Shown here: positions 53,817 to 63,909 of the stretch, one piece after another
Layout of the letters: every line of letters begins with the position of its first letter
How positions within the stretch are numbered: the stretch's first letter is position 1
NCBI GenBank assembly: GCA_964106915.2
Contig: OZ066919.1
Length of the DNA: 64,000 nt
Reading direction: 5' to 3' (one strand)
Source of the DNA: Podarcis gaigeae
Taxonomy: Eukaryota
Made by a program: the position numbers and the translations under genes
Notes under the pieces: generated by a model
The model's database searches: none
Seen by the model: the letters and a program-made list of their open reading frames with translations, nothing else
What the model was told of the DNA's origin: nothing

Positions 53817-54628
53817 AAAACACGGTTGCCAAGCCTTTAGGTATGTGGCCCTGAAAGCGAAGTTATGGCTTTGGCTTAAGCTTTGTTTCAGACCGGTAGG
53901 TTTGGCCCCCTTGATTCTGAGGGATAACTTTAAATCTCCATGGGAAGGGGAGATAGTGGAGGAAGTGCAGAAGTGCGGGTTGTCCTCCCTTTATATAGAG
54001 TCCATGACGTATAGCCACGCAAAGGCGGTGATCGCCCAAAGAGTAAGGGATATTGCGAGACAGGAGGACATAGCCCGTGTGAAACCAGGGCTGTTTCTGG
54101 GGGAACAGATGTACCGAGCTGCTCCAGCTTGCTACCTGTCGGATATCCACTACGTGGAATACCACAGACTATTTACCGCGGCTAGGCTGAATGTTCTTGA
54201 CTCGGCGGTTCTGAAGGGAAGATATGGAGGAGTCCCATATGACCAGAGATTATGCCATTGTGTGTTGGGTGAGGTAGAATCCACAGAGCACATTTTACTG
54301 AGCTGTCCCTTCTACAACGATTTAAGACAGTATCTTATAACCCCATACTTACCCCAGCTTAGTCCCTGACAAAGAGGAAAGCAGACAGCATATCTGCTAA
54401 ATAAGTCTTCTAGGAAAACAACTTTGTCAGTGGCTAAATTCCTTTTCCTGGCACTCAAGCGTCGGAAACGTACAATTGAATGCCTTGATGTGGGTTATCT
54501 GTGAGAAGTTTAGTGCTGTGGCCCTACCTTATTCATGTACCCCTATGATGTTTTAGTTCATAATTCTGTATTGTGTTTTATTTCTGTGTTTTATTTCTGA
54601 CTATCGGTCAAATAAAGGAAATTGATTG
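53817..54628 (+). mobile_element. 5'-truncated non-LTR retrotransposon (RTE-X-like ORF2 C-terminus with CCHC finger)
   Basis: ORF ...GRYGGVPYDQRLCHCVLGEVESTEHILLSCPFYNDLR continues in frame past a premature TGA (54367) to ...VAKFLFLALKRRK...TGA (54504). It is followed by AATAAA and an ATTGATTG tail, and flanked by an AAAAATAAAAA duplication (53806-53816 / 54629-54639). Clade assignment is from recall. Confidence 0.8.
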
Positions 54629-55110
54629 AAAAATAAAAAGTAAAAAGGACTCATCCTCCCCATCCCTTAACAAGCAGCAGGAAAGCAAATTAAGTTCCTT
54701 TTCCTAGTCCTTTTTCAAAACCTTTTTATAGAGGCTGATGGATGCTTTGGCTCCAACATACCTGACAATCTCTAAAATAACATTTTGGGGAAAAAGTTTG
54801 CTTAGTGGTGGCACTTCCTCCCTCTTGGTGGTGGAAGCAGTCAACACGTAAAAAACACACACAAAAAACAAAACAAAACAGCAGAGCAAACAAGCTGCTG
54901 CATTCAGAGCAAAAACTGGATAGTTTTATCTTTCTTTTTAATTTCTCAGAGTGTTTATGAAGCCCACATGGAAACCAGAGGCACCTGGGTGGGTTCAACT
55001 GTCTAGAGCATTGCTCCAAAGGCAACTGTGCACCAAACCCTGCTGTAAGGGTTTCAAAAAAGAAGAGTCAGGGACTACCATGGTGGTGCCCTTTGGGAGC
55101 ACACGGCACT

Positions 55111-55268
55111 TACCTTACCCTAAATCAGGCCATTGCTCAGTTATGTGTGCACTGACTCACAGTGGCTCTCCAGGGTTTCTGGCAAGAGTCACTCCCTGGA
55201 GATGCCAGGGACTGAACCTGGAAGCTTCTGCATGCAAAGCAGATGCTCTACCATTGAGCTACAGTCCC
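55111..55268 (-). mobile_element. tRNA-derived SINE (Squam3-like)
   Basis: Reverse-complement relative of the 30021 copy, with head GGGACTGTAGCTCAATGGTAGAGCATCTGC. Confidence 0.75.
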
Positions 55269-55992
55269 TCCTCTTGCAGTTGTGTCCCATGGTCCAGCCC
55301 TATCAGCACCACTCACCACAAGGACCAGAGTACCAGCCTTCACTGAATTTTCTTGGAAAACAGGCCCTGCTATGCACCTATATGTATTCCAGTTATCATC
55401 AGTGTTTCCCTAACTAGCTCACAGACAAGACCGAAACACAAAAGATGCAGAGTTGTTCAAAATGTTTGCTTAGGTGTCAGGGACTTCAACATCTGGACAA
55501 AACTCAAGTGTACTTCATTGACTTCAGATTAACCAAAGTCCTGTGGGCCCTGCCTGGTCACTTGCAACAAGGAATGGAAGGATCTGTCCATTTCATTTCT
55601 CTCAATTTCTCATCTTTCCAATTTTAAATTCAGTTTCCCACATTTCTGCAGCATTTTGTGACTTTTTTTTTTAATCCTCATGAAAATTAGCTACAGTTAG
55701 CAAGGTGCCCTGGTTAATCTTCAGATATCTGCTCAGAAAGACCACTGAAAGCTTTTTGAGTAAGCTTTTACTTTAAAGACAATACAGGGTGTTAGAAATT
55801 GTTAAGAATAACATTCCAAATTCAAAGGAATTTGTTATATGTTTCATGACCATTGCACATGGTACCCTGTATGTGTTACTCTACAACACAGGAGAACAGG
55901 TATTAAAATCTGTCAAAATAAGCTGTCAGTCCCCCCCCCCCCCCATGGACCTCGTCTCAAGCTCTGTAAACTTAAAAGGAATATCAAGTTAC

Positions 55993-56117
55993 CCAGAACA
56001 GTGAGATGGGCTCTGGCAGTGTCTCGATCTAATTCAGTGCTGGCAACACAGGTGTAATATCCTTGATCTTTTTCAGCCACTCCATATATCGTCAGGCCAT
56101 CTTCTTCTTTCTTCATC
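55993..56117 (-). CDS. NFASC: NFASC exon, Ig6 C-half ([41 protein letters not shown])
   Basis: gtgaaag| ... |gtaact, 125 nt, phase 2-1. Confidence 0.95.
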
Positions 56118-56998
56118 CTTTCACAAAAAGAAAACATCAGAAATAAATCTACACACAGTAAGAATAATCTGACCCCACAGCTTGCTTCAAGCAAAGGCAG
56201 GACCAGCTGTAACAGCTATCTTGTGTATGTTTATTCATTTTTATTTTATTTAGTATACTTTTATGCTGCCCTGCATCTTATAATCTAAGGGCAGGTTACA
56301 AACAAAATGTAAACATAAGAGATAAAATATAAAATGATCTAGTACAACAATTTTATGTTCTGTAACATGGCAGCGTAAGAAAACAGTCTCTGACCTCTGG
56401 TGACAAAATCTTTGGCTGCAATTGAAACCCCCTTTGCAATGCCCCTCCATGTAACTGGGTAAAGGTGTCCGTCCACTGGCGCAGAACTCTCAATGCACCC
56501 ACTGAACATGCAGGAGATGTACAGGCAGTGGGATCCTCAACAGTGGTAGCCTTCAGAAAGCTCCAAAATATGGTGCTTTGGGGGTAGGCTGAGCTAGCCC
56601 TGGATCTGCTAGATCTCAAGCTGGCCCTCCTGCTATAATTTACCAGCACTGGGCCATATCCAGGCCAGTTCCAGGCTGACACAACAATTTCCAGCAGCTC
56701 CACCTCTCTATCACACCCTGCTGCTGTCGTCTAGACTTTAGATTCTCCTGCCAAGCTTTTAATTTCCAGTAAGAGGTAAGAAACACACCCACTGTTATTT
56801 TCACACAGTCTGCTACTTCTGTTGTATGTCAGAGTAAGCAATATTAACTGCTGCATAGAGACACCACCCCCAGGAACAATATGGGAACAATTGGCCATTC
56901 CAAGTTTATTTATACTGTAAGACACTAATTAACAAATTACATGGAAATAATATTATTCATTATGGTAGAAGAGTGATTCTGGCTGGCTTTGGCAACAC

Positions 56999-57294
56999 AG
57001 CTACCTTATATAAAGTCAGACTATTTGTGCATCTACGGATGGGGGAACCTTTGGCCCTGCAGATGTTGTTGGATTCCAACTCCCATCAGCCCTAAGCAGC
57101 TTGGCCAATGATCAGGGATGATGGGAGTTATAGTCCAACAACATCCAGAAGCCCACAGCTTCCTCATCCCTGATCTAGGTCAATATTGTCTACTCTGGTT
57201 GGCAACAGCTCTCCAGGGTCCTATCACTTATCACTTGATAATTTTACCTGGAGATGCCAGGGGCAGAACCTGGGACCTTAAAACTACAGTCCCC
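56999..57294 (-). mobile_element. Degenerate Squam3-like SINE interrupted by a hAT-type MITE (57036-57172)
   Basis: The SINE halves flank a palindromic MITE, with ATCTA duplicated at both MITE junctions. Confidence 0.65.
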
Positions 57295-57428
57295 CTCCCT
57301 GGAGAAAAGACAGCAGTACAGCTTACCAAGATAGCAAAAGGATTTATTCCTTCTTTGTGTCCTCTGGATACATAAAATGTTAACGTCTTGAGAAACATAC
57401 AGCCTATGAAAACGAAGACAGCACAGAC

Positions 57429-57576
57429 CTGCTTCCAAAGTACAGAGGGGAATCATCCTTGAGCCAGGTGACCGTAAGTCTCAGCGTGGGGTCATGCCTA
57501 ACCCGACACATTAGATGAACTGTGGAACCCTTCTTTGGCACAGCATCCTTTGGCCCATCTATGATCCTCGTTAGAT
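57429..57576 (-). CDS. NFASC: NFASC exon, Ig6 N-half ([50 protein letters not shown])
   Basis: ttcacag| ... |gtctgt, 148 nt, phase 1-2. Confidence 0.94.
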
Positions 57577-57903
57577 CTGTGAAGAGTTATACAGTTATAA
57601 ATCGTAAGAATGTAATTTTGGGGACTGTGCGAGTAGTCAGTTTAGTGGAAAGTTTAGTGGAAAGAAACCACAGACACTTTGGGCAATTAGAAATAATTTA
57701 GTCAGATTGCAGAGTTCCTACAGATTTCTAGCTGCAATTCTTTTCCATACCCATAACTACCCGTTTTAGAGTGATAAATCCTGTAAATATTCTTTTATTC
57801 CATAGCAATGCCAACTTTGAATACACATGGTGGTGGTATCTGAGACATGTACTTTTGTGCTATGGAACGATTTGATAAATGGCTGTTTTAGAGAAGCAAG
57901 TTA

Positions 57904-58321
57904 CCGTATTTTTCTGTGTATTGGAAAAATACACGGAAAAATCATGTCAAAAAACTGGGGTTGTCCAATACACGGATAGTGGCATGGGGGGGGGGAGAGA
58001 TGTTGCATGCAGGGAGCTATCTGGGGGCACTGGCTGGTGGCGCGCAGCTTCCCCTGATGCTGCTGTGCATGGGAAGCACTCCCTGGATCATTTCCCATGC
58101 ACAGCGGCATGGGGGAAGGTGCCCTCTAGCCAACTGGCTGGCTGGCTGGAGCACAACTTCCCTTGATGCTTTTGCACACAGGGAGTGTTTCCTGCCCACA
58201 GCTGCATGGGCAGAGAGGCTCAACAACTTTGGGCCATCTCCCCTCATTTTCTTAAAACTGAGTCCCCCCAAATAGGGGGGAGTCTTATATATGGGGGCAT
58301 CTAATATACAGAAAATTACAG
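57904..58321. mobile_element. Tc1/mariner (Tc2/pogo-like) non-autonomous element
   Basis: TIR CCGTATTTTTCTGTGTAT vs ATATACAGAAAATTACAG; TA on both flanks. Confidence 0.7.
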
Positions 58322-58408
58322 TATATCACAAATTCCAGTGACCTGGTTTGGATAAGCTGTTTTAAATATTTCAGGTTACAGATATGTACTTCTCCAATAT
58401 ATTCACTT

Positions 58409-58761
58409 GGGACGCGGGTGGTGCTGTGGGTAAAACCTCAGCGCCTAGGACTTGCCAATCGCATAGTCGGAGGTTCAAATCCCCACGGTGGGGTGCGCTC
58501 CCGTCGTTCGGTCCCAGCGCCTGCCAACCTAGCAGTTCGAAAGCACCTCCGGGTGCAAGTAGATAAATAGGGACCGCTTGCCAGCGGGAAGGTAAACGGC
58601 GTTCCGTGTGTGCTGGCTCGCCAGATGCAGCTTGTCACGCTGGCCACGTGACCCGGAAGTGTCTGCGGAGAGCGCTGGCTCCCGGCCTATAGAGTGAGAT
58701 GAGCACACAACCCTAGAGTCTGGCAAGACTGGCCCGAATGGGCAGGGGTACCTTTACCTTT
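58409..58761 (+). mobile_element. Sauria SINE, distinct subfamily
   Basis: Same architecture with diagnostic variant blocks; 13-bp TSD AATATATTCACTT (58396-58408 / 58762-58774). Confidence 0.92.
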
Positions 58762-59449
58762 AATATATTCACTTACTCCCACTCTGAGGTCTCTTCAGAG
58801 TTCTCAGCATCTGCTTAGGGAGCCCCCAAAGGCAAGAGTGTGTGGCAGAGTGTGTCCCCTTTCAGCTGGCCGTCTCCATTCGAAGCTCTTCTTTTACTCT
58901 CCTTACTCTCTATAATCTTTATATTTCCACCTCCTTCTCCTTCATTTCTATCTTTCCTCCACTTAACATATGTTGCAAGCATCTACTGATTAGGTGGTGA
59001 AACAGGGTCAAATGACAGATCCCTCCTGTCACTGGAGTGTGGTGCATGGTGTTGGGAGTCCATAGCATTCCCATCTCTGTGGGCAAAGCTAGATAGCCTC
59101 TGTATCTTCTCATAATGGAACAGGTAAGCAGGATGGGAAATGAACCAACTCACAGGACTTTTGGAAATTGTTGCTTAGCGTTAGTTCGGAGGAGTCTATC
59201 AGCTACAACTCAACAAGTGACAGAGGCCCACAGTCCATTTATTTCAGGAACACTCAATCAGTCACATCATAGCATGTATTGCTGCTTTCCCTCCTGGTTA
59301 TACTTGAAGGTACTTAAGACCCACTGAAGAGCACAGCTATTTAACCTTATGAGCATAAACCAAATATAGCATTCTTGTCATCAGAGGGTACCCAAGATCT
59401 ACATTTTCTGGAGGATACTTGTTCTCTGCTTAAACAGAAGCCATCTTAC

Positions 59450-59616
59450 CTTTTATTTCCAAACGAACCTGGTTCTGTGCTTTACCCAGAAGATTGGTGG
59501 CCACACAGGTGTAAGTTCCTTGGTCTTCTTTCCGAGCCCTGATTATTTCCAAAGTCCCATTCTCGTGAACTATATAGTTGCCACCATGCAGCGTGCTTCC
59601 CTGGCCATTCTTAAAC
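59450..59616 (-). CDS. NFASC: NFASC exon, Ig5 C-half ([55 protein letters not shown])
   Basis: gtgag| ... |gtaaga, 167 nt, phase 2-1; DxGxYTC motif. Confidence 0.94.
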
Positions 59617-59881
59617 CTCACAACAACACAAGATAATGCTTGTAAGAGAGGGAAGCAGAATAAAGGTGCAGATTGACTTCCAAGTGTGGGTACAGGATTG
59701 CAGAGAAAGGGAGCAATCCTCTGCTCAGTAGGCAGGCGGTTGAGATACATCCAAGATACATTCCTTTATGGCCATTTATCAATGAATTGAAACACATTTG
59801 ATTCTAATAGAAATTCAATTGATTTCAAAAAAGATTATCTGTCCCAAACAGATGGTATGGCTTAATAATAAAAATCCTTAC

Positions 59882-59993
59882 CATCGTAATGTGGGGATTG
59901 GGGATCCAAAGAATGGACAGTCAAGACGAGTCCGGTTGTTTAGAATTACTTTGATCAGCTGATTACGAGGGGCAAGGATCCGAGGAATAACAT
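59882..59993 (-). CDS. NFASC: NFASC exon, Ig5 N-half ([38 protein letters not shown])
   Basis: tttaaag| ... |gtaagg, 112 nt, phase 1-2. Confidence 0.95.
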
Positions 59994-60002
59994 CTTTAAA
60001 AG

Positions 60003-60048
60003 AGATATATAGATAGATAGAAAGATAGATAGATAGATAAACAGATAG
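60003..60048 (+). repeat. (GATA)n microsatellite abutting the Ig5 exon acceptor
   Basis: Imperfect GATA run. Confidence 0.9.
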
Positions 60049-60419
60049 CCTGTAAAGGTAGTCAGAGATTTTCATTTGTTTTACAGAATATATATTATGT
60101 CTAGCTTTACATTTTTGTTTTTTTGGCTTTTGCTTATTGTTCTCATTGATGGATTTTTGTCCTCAATCCATTCTAGATGGGATGTGTGACACAATCATCT
60201 TTGGAAGGGAATAAATATATTCCTTTTGCCTATCAGTAACTGCCTACACATATAAGTAAACTCCTTTGCCTTTTGTGAGTTAGATCAGCTGGCGTTCAAG
60301 GATGTTATGGTTTGCTAGGGAAAGAGAAATAATGATTTCATGTTCACTTCAAAATGGTGCCTTCGGTGACCTCTATAATCTAAAGATGTCAAGAGCCCAT
60401 TTGTCCATTCAATACTTAC

Positions 60420-60563
60420 CCAGCACACTGACAAAGGCATTGGCCAGCAGGTACCCATGTTCGTTAGAAGCATTGCATTGGTATACAGCACTGCTGCCAC
60501 TTTGGATGTCCCGAAACATAACAGTGTCTCCCGTTACTTCACGGCTTGGGTTGGGAGTGGAAC
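60420..60563 (-). CDS. NFASC: NFASC exon, Ig4 C-half ([48 protein letters not shown])
   Basis: ctcaaag| ... |gtaagt, 144 nt, phase 1-1; Ig YQCNASN motif. Confidence 0.95.
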
Positions 60564-60953
60564 CTTTGAGAAAGACATAAACATAAGTGATACATAGTTT
60601 TTAGCCTTGCCATTAATAGGGCTTGGCTAATTTGCCAATTTTGGTTTCTCTCGTTTTCTCATTTTCCTAAGTCTTCCATTTTCCACATCAGTTTGTGTCT
60701 TTTTTTAAGTCCTCGTGAAAATTCACCAGAATTTAAGTGTGAATTTATTTTAATATAGTATTGCATGTTTTTATGCAATTTTGCCCAATATACACATTTT
60801 TGCAAAGCTGAACATCTCAACATGGAAATGACTTCCTTTTCTGTGGTGCTTAAAGGCAGATCCCCATTATCATAATATAGTTCACTATGGGAATAAATGA
60901 ATTTGTTCAGAATTCTGTCTTCCCTTTAAAAGATTACCATGGCTGATGCTATG

Positions 60954-61155
60954 CACTGGTGAAGGAAGAGCAGTGGGGGGGGGGGAATGCACCGCCCCCG
61001 GCAGCATGATCTCGGTGGGATGCCAACGCGGCTGCCCTCCTGCCCGCACTGGGCGCCACGCCCCGCAGGCAGTGTGCCATGCCTCCGGGATGCACGCCAG
61101 CCCCGCCCCGTCTGCTCTCCGCCCCCCGGTGCCGGAGCATGGAGCTCCGCCACTG
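60954..61155. mobile_element. GC-rich hAT (Tip100-like) non-autonomous element
   Basis: Perfect 8-bp TSD ATGCTATG (60946-60953 / 61156-61163); imperfect TIR CACTGGTG.. / ..CGCCACTG. Confidence 0.8.
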
Positions 61156-61278
61156 ATGCTATGTATGGTCATCAGTTAAGATCACAGTTACTTGAAATTA
61201 CAGCATTTCCTTCTCCACACCCATGAAATCAAGATACACTATAAGCCATTATCTTCTGTTCATAACAGGTTTGCTTAC

Positions 61279-61410
61279 TTTCTATAGGTTCTCCATTCAC
61301 CAGCCACTGGATGGAAGGCTTGGGGTTACCATTGGCTCGGCAAACCAGTCTCCCATCCTCACCAGGAGCCAAAATAAGATTCTCTGGTTCATCCAACCAG
61401 TAAGGAGCAG
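61279..61410 (-). CDS. NFASC: NFASC exon, Ig4 N-half ([44 protein letters not shown])
   Basis: ctaaag| acceptor, |gtaagc donor, 132 nt, phase 1-1; lies inside ORF 61229..61492. Confidence 0.95.
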
Positions 61411-62016
61411 CTTTAGAACAAGAGAGTGAGAGACACACACCAAAGTGTATTATAGCTATCTCAGCAAAGCTCCTTTTGTGTTCTTTCAGCATAGGCTATA
61501 CTGATTAGTATATAAAAGTGACTGATAATCATCCTTCTGTACCATTTTTTTTAAAATGCACCATCTCAAGAACAGCTAACCATGACCAGCATAGACATAT
61601 AACAGCAGACACGATAATCCTGTGTCAGTAACACTTAATAAAAATCCAGCAGCAGTAAGCAGCCATATTCATTTCCCACAAAGTATCAAAGCAATGTTTT
61701 CAGGCATTGTGGGAAACTTAAGTGGCTACAAAGCACTGCCACCACTCTGTCCTAGGAGGGGCTTACTAAAGGGCACTTTGGCCATGATCCCCTCAAACTT
61801 GGAGCTTGCCTTGGTAGATTGTAGCTTTATGGGAGGAAACCAGCACTTTGGTATAGGTTATAAAACATTTAAGGTCAAAATTGATGTCACTGCTGGAAAT
61901 GTTTGGTTATTATTACCAAATGTTTTTTGTGGATATTACACCTCCAGTATAATATCCAGCTAGGGGTCTTCTTATATAACACAGGGAGGATTCACATTAC
62001 TGGTAGCAAAAGAGTG

Positions 62017-62229
62017 CAGTGGTACCTTGGGTTACAAACACTTCAGGTTACAGACTCTACTAACCTGGAAGTAGTACCTCAGGTTAAGAATTTTGCCCCA
62101 GGATGAGAACAGAAATCGCATGGCAGTGGTGTGGTGGGGGGGGGGGGGAGGCCCCATTAGCTAAAGTGGTATCTCAGGTTAAGAACGGTCCTCCGGAACA
62201 AATTAAGTTTGTAACCAGAGGTACCACTG
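62017..62229. mobile_element. Tc1/mariner (pogo/Tigger-like) MITE
   Basis: TIRs CAGTGGTACCT..GGTTACAAAC / GTTTGTAACC..AGGTACCACTG; TA at the 3' flank. Confidence 0.85.
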
Positions 62230-62443
62230 TACTGTTCTCATTCATGTAAATAAAAATTCTATTGTCTCTTTGCTGAAGACAGTCTTTTTTCGTATTGACA
62301 GGAACGGTAATGTTTTGGAGGCACAAATTAGATCAACCTGGGTTGAGGAAACATGCATCTCTCATAATGACAGAATGTTGCATAGGGGATGTATTCTCTC
62401 CCTAATGATATTAATGACTAAGTGTATTAAGTCTGAATGTTCA

Positions 62444-62850
62444 TGTCAGGGAACTGCCATCGGAAAGACAGGAGGTGGAGGGGCTCTCAGAAGTCAGGAG
62501 AGACTCAGCAGCGGAGGAAGGCACCAGCAGGGGGAGAATGGGAGATCAGAGAGAGAGGGAGGCAAAGGAATGGCTCAGGGAGTCTTCTAGCGATAACAGC
62601 GGAGAAGTCTCAGGACCTCCCATAGGTACACCCACTCCTCGCCGGAAACTGTCGCGCCGAGAATCCAGACGACGCGTTTCCGTCAAGGAGCTTTTATGCT
62701 GGAGTAAATTCCGTAAACGCCCACTGTCGGATTCTGCCAGCGATTGAGGGAGCCATGCTTAAGGGCTCCGCTAAAGACAGAGCTTTGCTAAGCTGAGCAA
62801 ACTCTGAGGGACTAAGCTTTTACGCACAAGCAGCTCATCATCCCATCACA
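62444..62850 (+). repeat. Putative 5' LTR (TGT...ACA)
   Basis: Starts TGTCA and ends ATCACA, 2 nt before the putative PBS. The 3' LTR is not in the window, so the boundaries are inferred. Confidence 0.7.
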
Positions 62851-62895
62851 GCAATCCGACAGTCTTTGAAAGCAGCTTGTGCAAGGAGAGGCATC

Positions 62896-63909
62896 ATGAG
62901 CAACCCAGCCGGAGCCGGAGAAGCAGGAGGAGCTGGAGCGGGTCCAAGCCTGGAAGAAAGGTACAGGATGTTGGAGGTCCAGCTAGCGCTGCAAACGGCT
63001 AGGCTCGAGGAGAGGAGGGCTCAGGATGCAGAAAAGGGAAAAGCCACCCCACTCACAAGGAAGGTGCCAGGATTGGTGCAGAAATTTGGGGGTGATCCCA
63101 GGAACTATCAAGCCTTTAGGACAGAGATGCAATATGCCCTCAATCTGCAGTTTGATGACTTTCCTGATGAGGAATCGAGGGTAGCGTTTGTGATTGGCCA
63201 TCTCGAAGGGGAGGCGAAAGACTGGGTGAGACCCCTGATGGCAGCTAATAATGACGCCCTAAAGGACTCAAGGAAGTTTTTTCGCGCCATGGATCTGATG
63301 TTTTCCAGCGAGATTGAGCAGGGTGTGGTGCGCAGACAGTTAATGGGGTGTAAACAAGGGAGCCGAAATGTCCGTGAGTACTGGACTGAGTTCACCATGT
63401 TGATCCATAAATTGGGTTGGGATTTGTCGGCGGAACCGATACAAATGCTGTTCGAAGAAGGACTATCTTCGGCAGTGAAGGACGAACCTTCCCGGGCACC
63501 CAGGGCGGAGTCTATGGACCAGCTGACTAAATCTGCGCTGGCCATAGGAGCACGCCAGGAGGCGAGAGCTTTGGAGAAGCGGGAAGGGAAGGGGGAACGT
63601 TGGAGGGATTTCCGCATTCCAGAGATTCCCGAGCAGCATTCCCTGTCAGCAGAGCCGATGGAAATTGGAACAGCGCGCGCGCGCGCAGTTTCAAACCCCA
63701 GTGAAGGATGGAAGAAGGAGGGAAAAGGCGCCAATAAATGTTTTCTCTGCCAACAGCCAGGTCACTTTGCCAGAGTCTGTCCGCAAAGAAAGGAATGGCA
63801 AGGGATGGCGGGAGCTGTTGGGGGGGAGGAGGAGGGAGTTAAGGAGCAAGTAAAAGCCAACGCCTGGCTGCCACCATCGGGGCACAGCAGCCAGGCCAAA
63901 GAGCAGTGA
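62896..63909 (+). CDS. Retrotransposon Gag (capsid + CCHC zinc knuckle)
   Basis: Uninterrupted ORF from ATG 62896. Motifs KFGGDPRNY, CKQGSRNVREYWTEF (retrotransposon gag), EPMEIG, and CFLCQQPGHFARVC (CX2CX4HX4C). Confidence 0.93.
   Translation: MSNPAGAGEAGGAGAGPSLEERYRMLEVQLALQTARLEERRAQDAEKGKATPLTRKVPGLVQKFGGDPRNYQAFRTEMQYALNLQFDDFPDEESRVAFVIGHLEGEAKDWVRPLMAANNDALKDSRKFFRAMDLMFSSEIEQGVVRRQLMGCKQGSRNVREYWTEFTMLIHKLGWDLSAEPIQMLFEEGLSSAVKDEPSRAPRAESMDQLTKSALAIGARQEARALEKREGKGERWRDFRIPEIPEQHSLSAEPMEIGTARARAVSNPSEGWKKEGKGANKCFLCQQPGHFARVCPQRKEWQGMAGAVGGEEEGVKEQVKANAWLPPSGHSSQAKEQ

Larger units (their letters stand above)
3466..61410 (-). other. NFASC: Neurofascin gene (partial; 21 exons in window, 5' exons and terminal exon outside)
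   Basis: Chain of GT-AG exons with compatible phases. It translates to neurofascin Ig4-Ig6, FN1-5, PAT, TM ([36 protein letters not shown]) and the cytoplasmic start. Recognised from recalled chicken/human NFASC sequence. Confidence 0.97.

Noticed and set aside
63720-63726. Canonical-looking slippery heptamer G GGA AAA in gag
   Set aside because: The -1 frame hits TAA within a few codons and again at 63840. It also precedes the zinc knuckle, so it cannot lead into pol.
63108-63734. 208-aa minus-strand ORF
   Set aside because: Antisense shadow of the GC-rich gag; no independent motifs.
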